64,000 nt of DNA from Azolla caroliniana (taxonomy: Eukaryota; Plantae; Polypodiophyta), in the NCBI GenBank assembly GCA_043228905.1, contig JBHGNT010000004.1:1240001-1304000 (forward strand), in the 5' to 3' direction. Position 1 is the stretch's first letter; every line of letters begins with the position of its first letter. Positions 11,706 through 24,858 of this stretch are shown one piece after another. The notes under the pieces were generated by a model, which had not been told where the DNA came from, searched no databases, and was given only the letters and a program-made list of their open reading frames with translations. The position numbers and the translations under genes were made by a program.

Positions 11706-12224
11706 GACCTGACATGCAACTTTTCAAAAGAAAACAGCACTAATTGTGCATAATACAATGTCAAACAATGAAGAAATTGATCTGGCATCAGTACAACGAT
11801 TACTGGAACAGGCAAGAAAATGCAGTCAAATCTTTTGTTGCTGATTTTGCATTGCATACATTGGTAATGGTGGTAAAAGCTGAAACACATGTTCAAAATG
11901 TTCACAGTGGAAAAGAAGATCTGCTCTGGACCTTTCATGATACTATCCATGTCTTAAATATGTACATAAAGAAGAAGAAGAAGAATCTCAAGTTGATCGA
12001 AGAATCTTGGTCAATAGCTGCAAAAGTTGAAACAATTTACTTGAAAACCTTTTGCATCTTTGCTTGGGATGGTTGGTGACTTCCTTGAAGTCTAACTGGA
12101 TCGATCAGAGATGTAGTCATGTTGGAGCAAACAGTGAAAACTCGCCAATGAGAAAAAGCATCATAACATGGATAATCCTGAATCATGAGAAGGTTTCTCC
12201 ATTGGCACATCGGCAAGCTCATAT

Positions 12225-13082
12225 GCTTTTACACGTACCATGATACAAACACTGTTGATTGAGTTTCATTGCATGAAGGTCTAACTCTGGATCTTTATCA
12301 TAAAGTAAAACATGAAATTTATTTTGATCCAGATTAGCATCAGATGTATTAGGAATGGTCATGACACAATCAACACCTCCATCTTCACGATAATCCATAT
12401 TATTTTTACCTTCCTAAATGAATAAAGAAAAAAGACCCAAATAAATAATTCTGAAAAATAACAATTCTGAATACAATGAATCATCAAAATATGCATAGCT
12501 GGGAATGGCACTATAGCCCGTGAAGTTTTTACATTCCTAGATGCTTGAAGAGAGAAAACAGAAATTGCAAAAGCCAAGACTTTTTAAGGGAATAATTATC
12601 AAAATATAAGCAGAAAAGCATCAGACCTGTCAAAAGTGGCATCATTAGCTGCATCTTTACGTTACCCCATGATATTTCTACTTCTTTAGATGATTAAAGG
12701 ATGACGAACCAAGCCTTAAAAGCGTCAATAAACAATGTAATGAAAGAAACCCTCGCCATACATATTGAAAGGCAACATATGCATCAGCTATGGCATCGTC
12801 ACCATCAGAGTTCATGTTTCTTTATAACAACACATGATACTTCTAACTTCCTAGATGATTAAACAAAGAAGGACTAAACTCACAGAATCGTAAACACACG
12901 CATTTTAAAGCAAGAGAAACCTATCAAAATATACCCAGAAAGAAACAAGGAGAGATTTAAGCCTCTTACCTTGCGTACGACACAGAGTCCTGATGTGCCT
13001 TCCAGCGTCAGAAAAACCACAGAATTGAGGAATTCAATGTTATTATTAGGGTTTTGGGTGTTTCGTCAAGAATCCAGGAGAT
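12225..13082 (-). repeat. Diverged direct duplicate of the TOC1 5' region (2440-3292), lying immediately upstream of the PPR ORF
   Basis: Colinear similarity over the leader exon (ttaggg..ttgggt..ttcgtcaagaatcca), the AG|GTAAGA donor (12968-12969 vs 3180-3181), the leader modules and the first coding exon 12398-12239. That exon is open: MDYREDGG...DANLDQNKFHVLLYDKDP...QQCLYH, 34/53 aa identical by my count. Confidence 0.9.
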
Positions 13083-13639
13083 ACATATCATACAGAGAGG
13101 CGAGGAGAGGGCCCCTCTCTGAGCACCCAATTCCTACCGGTTATGTGCATACATATAGCTAGCTAATAGGAGATTCCACGGATTCCCGAGGCCCGATTCC
13201 GAATCCGCGGCCGATTCCGACCACTTTCAGGCGCCGGCTCGTGCCAAGGCCTACTACTACTACTGCTCGAGTTCCATTGACAATTGAAGGTTTAGCATGG
13301 AACCCTAACCCTAATGTCCGAGTGGCTATGTAAAACCCGGTTGGCCATTACGAAGAATACAAATATGTACATAATGCGTTCCCTCGGGAGTGATATATGT
13401 GCATTTACATACATATTTTAGATCCACATTCTCCCCATTATTAGCTTGCTTTTTGATTGCTTGTTGTCATCTTTAGAATAAAAGATTTGAGTGACCTTCT
13501 CTCGTTCTTTTCCTGTCTTGTTATTGCTCTGTCGTGACTACACATGTTGTATATTCTCTTCTTCTCTACTACATTGACAAATGGAGGCCATGATTGGTCG
13601 GTCACTCGGGTTGTGTTTGTCGACAAAGTGGTTCAACTG

Positions 13640-14160
13640 GAAGGCAATTGCAACCATACTATTGAGCAGTATGATCTTTGATCCAATTGGAAGTATATTG
13701 TGACTTGATTCAATTGGAAGTATAATTTGACCATACAATTGGGTAGTATGACCCAAATTCAATTGGAAGGAAACATACTATGACCATACATTTGGGTAGC
13801 ATGACATGATTCAGTTGGAAGGAAGTATATACTATGGCACAATTCAATCAAAAGTATATTGTGACCATCTAATTGGGTAGTATGACCCAATTGAATTGGA
13901 AGTCCATTGTGACCATACGATTCGGTAGTATGAGCCGATTCAATTGGAAGTCTACTCAGACCTTATGATTGGGTCGTACAAGTCGATTCAATTGGACGTC
14001 CATCGTGACCATACGATTGGGTAGTATGAGCCGATCCAAAAGGAAGTCTACTGTGACCATATGATTGGGTAGTATGGCCCGATTGAATCGGAAGTCCATA
14101 TGATTGGGTAGTATGACCCGATGAAATTGGAAGCCTTCTGTGACGACCATACGATTGGGG
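13640..14160. repeat. ~48-bp minisatellite, about 10 degenerate copies (tgtgaccatacgattgggtagtatgagccgattcaattggaagtc)
   Basis: The unit recurs at ~48-bp spacing (e.g. 13911, 13959, 14007, 14055). Confidence 0.85.
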
Positions 14161-14216
14161 AGCATGCATGCCAAGAGACGAGCACAACAACACAAGAGAG
14201 AGGTTGAAAGACCCAT

Positions 14217-14333
14217 GATACATAAATACATAAATACATAAATACATAAATACATAAATACATAAATACATAAATACATAATACATAATACATAATACAT
14301 AATACATAATACATAATACATAATACATAATAC
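14217..14333. repeat. Compound (ATAAATAC)n/(ATAATAC)n tandem repeat
   Basis: Directly visible. Confidence 0.95.
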
Positions 14334-14922
14334 AAGACCTTCCCAATGTGTCTTTTGTGCAACCAAGGAAGTTGGGTTCCACAGCATTAGAACCTCATTA
14401 TATGTACATAATTCCAATTATGTCCGGTTAGTTAGTTAATTAGTTAGTTAAAGGCTAAAGCTATTGGGGGTGGGGAATCATAATAAATTTGTGCGCGCCA
14501 CGTATCAATGCAAATGTTTCTCTTTCTCTCTCATGCTACAGCCAAAAATCTTTGATTCTTGTGGCAACTAATATCTCAGCCAATTCTGTTCCACCATATC
14601 GGCACATTTCTTGGTTTGTTTTAGGGTTTTTGAGGGTTTAGGGTTTCGGGTTTGGACCCCACCCACCACAAATCCTGGGTCCCTCTGCAAGTTTCGTGTC
14701 TCACACTCATCAGCAAGATTCAACAGTAACCGCTTCGATCACAAATCCCGGGTCCCTTGCAAGATTCCCGTCACACTCATCATCAAGATTCAACAGTACC
14801 TACCCGCGCTTCTGGATCGATGCTCCAGATTCCATCCATCCATCCACCCATCGTGCAGTCACCCTCACCCTCACCATATCATCGGTTCATGTCATCACGG
14901 TGGTGATTCTGCCGTAGGAATC

Positions 14923-15181
14923 ATGTGCATAGCTTTCATCCTGTGGCAATACCACCCCCAATACCGTCTGTACCTTGCCCTTAATCGCGATGAGGTCCTC
15001 TCCAGGTATTCTCTCTCTTTCCATGCTCACTATGTGCATGTAGGCATGTGTGTGTATGTAGTGTGTACGTGTGCATGTGTATATCTGTACGCACATGTGC
15101 TTGTACATGTATATGTATATGTATTTATGCTTGTGTGTGGGCACACGTGTGTGATCCATATGCTCAACACACACACACACA

Positions 15182-15220
<39 letters not shown>

Positions 15221-18200
15221 TTGTATGCATTTGCTATGTGGATGTGTAAGCCTATTTCGTATGGCAATGCATGTTTACACATCCATTTTCGTGGATATGC
15301 ACAGGTTTCTGAATCCAGTTTCTAGGATACGTACACATGTGTTTATGCATCCGTTTTGCAGAAATATGGATATGTGCATGTTCATGCATCACAAATTTGA
15401 ATATGTATATGCCCATACTTTTACATCACAAATTTGATTATGTATATTGTGAAATGGACACCACAATATATATGCCCTTACTTTCTTATCACAAATTTGA
15501 TTATGTATATATATGCCCTTACTTTCTTATCACAAATTTGATTATGTATATATGTCATGTTTATTTTTTGCTTGCAGATGGATGTGTGCACGTTTTATGC
15601 ATCCATTATGCAGATGTGTAGGCATTTATGCATCTGTTTTTGAATGTATATGGATGTGTGCATGCTTATGTGTGCGTACATATATGCATTTGCTACGTGC
15701 ATTTTTAGTGCATCTATTATGTAGATGTATGGATGTTTATGCAACTACTTTGCATGTATATGGATATGTGCTTGATCATGCGTCTATTATGCAGAAATGG
15801 ATTTTTTATGCGTCTATTTCTTATTTTATATCCATCAATGGTAAAGATATGTGGATGTTTATGCCTCCATTTTGCAGACATTTAGGTGTTTATATATCAT
15901 TTTTACATTATATGCATTCATTATGCAGATTTATGGATGTTTGTATATCACTTTTACATTATGTGCATTCATTATGCAGATTTATGGATGTTTATTTATC
16001 TATTTTGTTTTGCATTTACATGAATATCTGTATTATTTATGCGCATGATAAATCTCATGTTCTTTGTATGATATAGATACGTTTGTGCATCCATTCTGCA
16101 GTGATATATGGATGTGTACACAGATTCATGCTTATGTGTCTTTGCTGCGAATATACGAAAATATGAATATTGCAGATCACAAAATATGACACTAACCTCT
16201 TATCACCATGGTTGGCCATACATAATTGATCGAGCCATTATTAATTAATCGCATGTTATTCTTATTTACTGTTTTTGTTTCCACATATGTGTGTGTGTAT
16301 GCATGTGCATGGTCATGCATCTATTCTGTGTATCTATGTTTGATTCGACCTTCTGAATAACCATTCTTAATCACATGCATGCATGTATTCTTGATGCCAA
16401 TCTCCTCAATGCCCATGATTAATCACATGGTATTTCAAAGTATAACAGTTCTTATTTTTCGCATAATAATGTTATCCATGTGCTATACATGCATGGGCCA
16501 TGTGTTCATGTGCTATATATCCATAGTCATGCATGAATTATGCATATATATTTATATTCATTTTTTGAGTTAAGGGGCTTCTCACGCACACTGCAAATTA
16601 TGACTGATAAGGTTGAAAAGCCAGAAGTTCAAACTACTCTACCTAGGGATAAAAATGCCACATTTCTGTGGTTCGAGAATCAAAACTATCTATCTATCTA
16701 TACATCGATCGATGTCGATGTAGATGTAACTGTAGATGTAGAAATAGATTGATAGTTATTTATGGATGTTACAAACTCTCAATACCCATTATTTAATTGC
16801 ACATTAAAACTTCGTTGTTTCAGGCATTTATTTAGAAATATGAAGTGTCTAGTTTGATTTTTCGTTCACATGGAATGCAGGCCTACACTTCCTGTACATT
16901 GGTGGACGTCAGACCAAGATGACATTGACATCCTGAGTGGGAAAGACCTTTGTAAAGGTGGCACATGGTTCGGTTGCACGAAGAATGGCCGGGTTGCGCT
17001 GGTCACAACATTTCGGGAGGTTTCACATTCCCATGATGCAATTAGTAGGGGCGAACTAGTTACTACCTTTTTGAAGGTTAGTTAGAAGCACTACAGAGAG
17101 AAGCTGCATGGAATAAAACCAGTTTGATAATTTATATGTTTTAAAATATTCAATGATAAATGATTTTTTTGATGTTAATTTATATCTTATAATAATCTAG
17201 GGCTCTCAGACCCCCTCAGACTATGTGAAAGCTGTATCAGAGGTGGGTGAAAAATACAATGGATTTAACATTCTAGTGGCTGATCTTTGCACTGGAAAGA
17301 TGGCTTATGTCTCGAATCGACCAAAAAAGAACCCAATTCAGACACAGAATGTATTGCCTGGATTCCATGTTCTTTGCAATGCCTCATTAAATACACCATG
17401 GCCAAAGGTGCATTTCTTGTTTACTTTTATGGATAAAAACATGCAAGTATCCATAACCTTTTGGTTATTTATCAGAATACCTGTGAGGTTAAAACCTTTA
17501 CTAGAATACCCCTCTGAAAACGTATGGCCATTCTGGTAAAATCCAACAAGTTAGGGGTATTTTGATGTTTTTTTCCCTTACTTTTATTCTGGTTTTTGGT
17601 TCATCTACTGTTGATCTCTTTCATTTTTTGATCAATGCGCTATTTTATTTCCCCATTCTACAAGGTCATGAGAGGAAAGGCTAAAATGCAACAGTTGATA
17701 GATGATATAGGGCCTTACGAGATACCAAAAGCGCAAATACTAGAGTTGCTCATGGATGATGTGAAAGCTGACAAGGCACATTTGCCAAAAACTGGATGCA
17801 GCTTAGAATGGGAGCACAAAATGAGCTCGATATGTGTGAATTGCAACAGCAATGAGGTACACAACATACTCTATATACAATGATACAGACATGTATTGTA
17901 TATTACACACTTACACACCTACAAACGTGTGCATACATTTCCCTACGTATATATGCAGGGAAAATGAAACCTATGTTTTAGAATGTGGAGCAATTTATGA
18001 CAAAAGTAGTTATGCATGCATCATGCCTCTCAGAAATCTTGTTGCATGTGTGTTGAAAAATGGATTTTAGCTCTCATAGGATGCGTTGTTGTATGTATCT
18101 CAGTTGAAGGTTATCTGATGGAGAGCAGAATGTCAAATGTTCGATTCCCAACTTCCACAGTGGCATTAAATAAAGTAGTGCATTAGTGAGGTTTGAACCG

Positions 18201-20319
18201 GAGTGTATGGGTAGGTAAAGGCTTGGCTTGCCCCATGGCATAGAATTATAAATTTATTGTCCACAAGGCCAAAATTTAACCGGTGGTACTAGAATAAACA
18301 CATACATCTTTTATGTGTCTGCTTTCTGAGTAGGGGAATTCTTGCTTTAAAATCTCTATGAGAAAATAATGCATGCACAAATATGCTCAACCTTCCAGGT
18401 CGGGCTACGAGTGTAGCACCTAAGTTAACACGTTCTCTTAAGAATTCATAATTGTTGCAAGTCACATTATATGCTGAGTATATGAGAAGTGAGTTTTTTC
18501 TTCCACTAGTCTTTGTTGCATACCTTCATTGCATCCTTATATGTTTTTTATGACACTACATCGATATGTAACTAGAAGTGTAAGGGCTATACGTGAGCTG
18601 AGGCTTATGGGAGTGGTAAGATGTGGCTGGATGTGTTCTGGCATTGTTACCTTGTAATATTCAGGATTGCTGTTAGCAATGTAATATTCCAGTTTTGGCT
18701 TTTAACATCTTACCATTTCTTCCTCAATGCCTCCATTAGCCAGTCTTTAATGATCAGATACAGTAACATTCAGGATTGATTTTCACAATGTCATATTCCA
18801 GTTTTGACATTTTAACATCTTACCATTTCTTCCTCAATGCCTCCATCAGCCAGTCTTTAATAATTAGATACTTCATTGCATCACTTGAGGGCTCCAATAA
18901 AACTTACAGTCCCCATCTTTTAAACTATTTCTAAATTTCTGAACACCTTACCAGGTGAGAGGATTTTTCTGTTATTAGTTTTTGTATCTTGAATCCTATG
19001 TTGCATGCAAGTTTTCGCAATTGGTGTTATGCCATATTCTGGACTTTTAAGTAATATACTTATTTCATGCTAACACCTCTATGGATGGATCCTCATACAT
19101 TGTATAGGATTGAACTCTTAATTGTCTCCTCGTGAACTTTTTTGAATTTTCTTTTTGTCATTCAATGTGCTAAGTGCCATAGCGGCACTCCATAGTTCCA
19201 CTCCTTGAAGCAACTCTTGGACCACCATAGCATTAAATAGCATCAATCTCACTTCTCATCACTGAGTATTGCTTTGGTAAGTTTGATTCTCAAACATGTT
19301 CCAACCTCTTTGAAGTCTAGGCATATAGCATAGACTCCATTTGTTTGTTGGTGGGACAGCAATACCAAGATATTTAGAGCTTTGCACTAGATACATGTAA
19401 AACTGGGTAGTTTCTTGGCTGAGTGATCCTTACTGCCAACATTTTGTTTTATTCATTTTCTTAGTTAGTTCATTATTTTGACAAAATGTTTCCAAAACAC
19501 CAAGTGTTGCATAGAATCCATATTCCTTGAAATCTACAAAACGAGAATAGAATGTTGATTTGTTATGTTTTTGAGCCCATAAACTAATATTTTGATCCAT
19601 GATAGTGCTATATAACTTGGCCGTAACTACGCTAACCATGATTGTGCAATAATTGGATATCTGAGTTTTATCTCCTCGTGAATTGGTTTAATGTAGTCCA
19701 CGATATAATCGTTTGGAAAACCTTGTTATATAACTTGACCATACCTGAGCTAACCATGATTCTACGATAATTGGACATCTGAGTTTTGTTTCCTCCTTTG
19801 TGAATTGGTTTAATCTTGTCCATGATACAATCTTTTGGAAAACCTTGTTAATATCTTGATCCATGATAGTTGCTATTCATTATGAAGTGCTTGAATTTTT
19901 TAATTCAAGAGCTCACTTGTCACGAAAGTCAATCAGAACTTTTTTTTTGCTCCTTTGTTAACATTGCAATCTACGTGTTATTTGGTGTTCCAATACTTAT
20001 GTCATAGGAATTATCATATTTTGCATATATAGTTTCAGTGCTACATTTTGCCCTTAACCTGGCTACATAGTAACTTTGGTTGGAATTTAATGTAGGTGTT
20101 TTCTTCCTTTCGTGCATTTAATAATATTACCTCTTCTTTCTCCTCATATAGCTAATGAGTTTATTTTTACAGGGACCATATGGTACTAGAAGCATGATAT
20201 TGTTCTTTGTTGACAATGATGGCCAAGTAAGTCTTTATGAAAGGTTCTTGGAAAATAATTGCTGGAAGGAGCATGAATTTGGCTTCAAGATCCCACAAGA
20301 GCTATGGAAGGATATATGA
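14923..20319 (+). CDS. TANGO2: Transport and Golgi organization 2 (TANGO2 / NRDE, DUF833) family protein
   Basis: Phase-consistent exons 14923-15005, 16881-17076, 17201-17407, 17665-17856 and 20173-20319. Motifs: MCIAF..LALNRDE..RPT, GGTWFG..GRVALVT, SRGELV, YNGFNILVAD, LNTPWPK, YGTRS. Confidence 0.92.
15166..15216. repeat. (CA)n abutting (TG)n microsatellite (self-complementary) in TANGO2 intron 1
   Basis: acacacac...acacgtgtgtgt...gtgt. Confidence 0.9.
18660..18871. repeat. ~105-bp tandem duplication in TANGO2 intron 4
   Basis: tcaggattg...atattccagttttg...ttttaacatcttaccatttcttcctcaatgcctccat.agccagtctttaat occurs twice. Confidence 0.85.
19040..19870 (-). mobile_element. Degenerate non-LTR retrotransposon (RTE-like LINE RT) fragment in TANGO2 intron 4
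   Basis: Minus-strand peptides IMVSVVTAKLYSTIM, FVDFK, KYLGI and RLMLFNAMVVQELLQGVELW resemble LINE RT motifs. They are broken by stops and deletions. Confidence 0.6.
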
Positions 20320-21731
20320 GCCCATCATGATGGATGCAACAATTCGGTTATCCATCAGTAAATGAAGGATTCTTGCGATAAAATGTAGGCATTGAAAGGA
20401 ATTAATATGTTCCAATAAAGTCGATGATAGTTATTGTTGGTTATTTATCAATAACCAAGAAATTCTAACTATGTATAATATGGTAAGATGAAATCGTAAT
20501 GAATGTTTGTGAAGAGTCGAATTTTGCATGATGATATGTTGCTATTTAATTTCTTTCATTTTCATGTTCAATTAATTGCTTGAGGCAAAAATTGAATTGC
20601 AGTCAAATTTGCACACTAGTATTCGTAAGCGACGTTTGAGGTTTTCACTAGATTCATGTGTATTTGAGCTTTTGCCATCTAGTTTTGGGTGTAGCTAGTA
20701 TATAGATAATTTTAGGTCTTGATGGGTTTTTACTTCAATGTCTCAACACAGGAAAATTGGAGTTAAAAAAGGAAATTCTTGAGAAAATGGACATGTACAA
20801 AGTTTAAAAGAGACCATGATTAAAAAATATGAAATCTTGTACAAGAGCAAAAAGAATTCATTCTCTCACATTATGGTTTATGATTTGAATTCAAAATATA
20901 ATAGGAATTCTGCAACTATGTTGTATTATTATTATTCTCCATCATTTTCCCACATTATAGTTCACAGTATGAATTTGAGATGCATGAGGGTAAGTTGTTG
21001 GCTCATTATTGTCCCTATAGTTCTCTCTTGAGAAGTGTTTTCACACAATTCATAAAAACCTTTAATGTGAAATAGTTCTCAACAAAATTGGGGCTTGTGA
21101 GTAATGGTAGCCATCCAAATACTTAGGCATTGAGTGGTGGTGAATGAAGGTTTGAACGTATCATATAACTATAATTGGAAAGGTCTTAATCGCAAGGATC
21201 GCTCAATTTGGAAATGTACAATGAAGTTTCAATGTTTCTTTAAAAATTCTTTAAAATGTAACAGCAAAAGTTCAATCAAAAGTTCCCTTATGGGAGCTTA
21301 TTTTATTATTAATTGAGAGTATCGGTGTAATATTCCAAATGTTTGTGCCCTAGATTGGGTTGACAATGTATACGCATATCATGTAGTTATCATGCATATA
21401 CATACATCTAGGTAATATGGATGCACTATGTAATGTTCACATGGTATAGCTTTATAGATAAATTGGCAATCTCTTGGGCACTTATACATGTATGCATGAG
21501 TGTATATATGGTTATCTAATAGATTGATGCCTTGTAGGCTATGTTTTGGATTATATTAGTACACACATGTATGATTTATAGTTACGTTACATAGATGGTA
21601 CACTTGTGTTATATATATGAGTTGGTAAAATGATGTATGAAATATATATGTGTAAGTGTGAGTGTAGGTGTACATGGTTTTATAGGTGAGCTCGCCGACC
21701 ACATTGTAACTTTGATTGAAAAAGCAAAATG

Positions 21732-21773
<42 letters not shown>

Positions 21774-23399
21774 GCAAATCATTGTGATTAAGCAATTCTA
21801 TTATTGTTTAGCGTATATTAGTAGTATAGTCCATATGTAAGATACTAGGAAAATGTGTTGGAAAGTTCGGCTACATTGTCACAAGAGAAGACAATAATTA
21901 AATTATTAGTGAGAAGAGAGGATTTCCATATGTTATAGCTTCAATCCATACATGGTATAGAAGATGAGAGAAAGACATATATAGGCACACCTAAAGATGG
22001 ATATTTAGAATACCAATTTGAAAGAAGATAGTGTGTATTATAGGGAACCAACTTGAGAGCATGACTACATTTGATGGCATCCATACATACATAGAATAGA
22101 ATAGAACATGTAAGAAAGTAGTTTGTAAGCATACCTCAAGATGCAAATTCATAATCCCAATTTGAAAGAAGTGCATATGCTATAGTTTAAGGCTTCAATT
22201 TAACAATGAAAAGAGGAACATGAGATCTAACGAGTTGGCATGCACATTATAAATGGACATGCACCCCACAATTGCAACATTGTAAGTATCAATTGTTGAC
22301 AAAACTACATAATCTTCATGAAGCTTCTAATACTAGTTGCTCAACAAATTGTTCCTAGCATATCAAGGATATGACCACAAGGCAAACCATTCACTACATC
22401 GCAATGTTGCCTTTGTGACAACCTTTTGAGTGATTGAAATTACAACCCACAATTGTGAAATAAAAAATAAGTATCAATCAACTACATAATCTTCATGAAG
22501 TTTCTAATACTGGTTGCTCAAACTATTCCTAGCATGTCAAGGATATGATCACAAGGCAAACCATTCACTAAAAATGTCGAATCTCAAGTTTTTGTTTCTT
22601 ACATGCAATGGCTTGTGATTTGAAGATGTACTCTTCTTAACTCTAGTGTGGGGTATGGAGTGTTCCCCCAACTATGGGAGATTATATCTAATACTATAAC
22701 TTGATTGTGAACACCACGAAGTGTGCCTGTAACCATCAAGCCCAAGTCTTAAATGTGGGTTGTAGGTGCATTCCTAACATATTAGGCATTCCATAACACT
22801 GTATTTTTCACATCTCAAGTTGTAAGATCTAGGAAAACTGTAGAGAAAATCTTTAAAACATTGTAGAATATTGTACTTTCCATATAGGCTTGTTAATTTT
22901 ATAGGTCTTATGGCTACAAATGTTTGGGAAAAACTACAGTAAACTTTGGGGGAGTGCTCCTTTACTCTTGGAGATAACTAAAACTCAATGGCCTTTGGGA
23001 AATGAAGAAAGGCCCCTGAGTCCTGAGTCTTGACAGCCTGACAGGGTATTTCAGAGTTTCTTCTTCAGAGCCAACTCAAATCATTTTAGAAAAAGGCAAT
23101 ACTCAATAATCAAAAGAAATAACAAAAACTTCCAAGCAACATATAAATGATACTCACACAATAATTTAGACATGCATTTTCAAGCATTTGGATCAAGAAA
23201 TTAATATGAATTTTTACACATGAATCAAAATCTGTACATGACCTAGTGATAGATCAGTTGGAAAAAAGGTCTGGAAAACATGGTGATATATTGCCTTCCT
23301 GATAAGAGATACTTAAGATCCCACCCAATAAACAGTTCTGGAGCAGATACCATCAAAACCAATGATAGTTATTTTTTCCAAAAAAAAAACAAGGACTCA

Positions 23400-24190
23400 A
23401 GATATCATCATAAAACCATTTCAGCTGATACCCAAAAACAGGAGATCCTTCAATGCATTGAGATAATATCCAATTACCAAAGGTATTATCAACCCACTGA
23501 CTATCAAGATACTATTCAAAAACCTTAGGTATCATAAAGCAACCGAGATAAGATCCAATAACTCGAGGTCACATTAAACCAACTCGAGGTATCATGAAAT
23601 GATTTCAGCTGATACCCCAAAAACAGAAGGTCCCTCAATGCATTCAGATAATATCCAATTACCAGATGTATCATTAACCCACCAACCATTGAGATAATAT
23701 TAATAAATCTTAGGTATCATAAAGCAATTGAGATAAGATCCAAAAACTTGAGGTCACATAAAACAATCAAGATAGTCTGCAACGAATCAAGTTCTCATAA
23801 AACTAAAGATCCAAAGCTCTTATCCAAAAACCCGAGTTCCAATAAAAGCCATTGAGATAGGATTCAACCCGTCTATCCAAAAACCCAAGTCCTCATCAAA
23901 TAGTTGGGATAATTTCCAGCAAATCCAAGACCTCACAAAAACCAAAGATCCAAGTTTCTATCCAAAAACTGAAGTTCCCATAAAAGCATCGAGATAAGAT
24001 TCGAGGGTCTATCTGAAACTCCAATCTCTTATTAAACCTTTGAGATAAGTTCGAGCAATCCAAGTTCTCATAAACCCAAAGCTTTGAGTTTCTATGCAAA
24101 AACCCAAGCTCCCATAAAAGCATCAAGATAAGATCCAAGAATATATCTGAAAACCCAAGTTCTCATCAAACCATTGTGATAAGATCCAAG
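23400..24190. repeat. Degenerate tandem repeat array (gagataagatcca / aaaacccaagttc motifs) including a ~190-bp duplication
   Basis: 23400-23590 resembles 23590-23770, and the short motifs recur to ~24190. Confidence 0.6.
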
Positions 24191-24858
24191 TACTTGTAGT
24201 TACAACAAATGCGAGAAAAACCATGGCTAAGCACAATAGAACAAAGAACAATTCAGCCAGCAAAAACCTACAGTGAATAATAAGAGTATCCATCTGGGAA
24301 AAAGGCATCCTTTTTCCAACTTCAGTTCAACTTGGTTGACTTCAGTTCATCCTGGTAAAGGATTAACGGGGGAAAGGAGACCCTTAGTAGGACCAAATGA
24401 TTCCATCATCAATCTCATGTAGCTAGAAAACGATAAGTAGATTTTGCTTACCATCAGAGAGGGAATACACAGCCTCAGAAAAACGATCGAGTTATAAACA
24501 CGAAAAGAAGGGGGTATTCCGTTCTGCTTCTGAAAGATGAATGTCTTCCACTTTCACACAAATCCATCTCCCTAATTCTCTTTTGCGAAAAGAGACATTG
24601 AGAGAAATGGGTTCTTCATGATGCTAATGCTTAGATGATGATGATGAGAAACGCAGCATTTTTTATAAGATAGTTAAGAACCACACTTTTCTTTAACCAT
24701 TAGTCCAGAAATCACAGCTCCTCTGCAGAAACCTTCCTTCCCCATCATCATCATCACCATCATACAAACAAAGGAAATAAAACACGGCCAATCTCCAGTA
24801 ACCTTTTAAATATAGTAACAAACCAAGCCAAGCTATACCAAACTAAACTATTATGCTT

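Noticed and set aside
13640-14160. Regularly spaced repeats superficially like a CRISPR array
   Set aside because: The units are contiguous degenerate tandem copies with no unique spacers. The context is eukaryotic and there are no cas genes.
13956-16076. Many 60-210 aa ORFs rich in Y/V/C/M/H/T
   Set aside because: They are translations of mini- and microsatellites and low-complexity intron sequence. Only 14923-15005 is a real exon.
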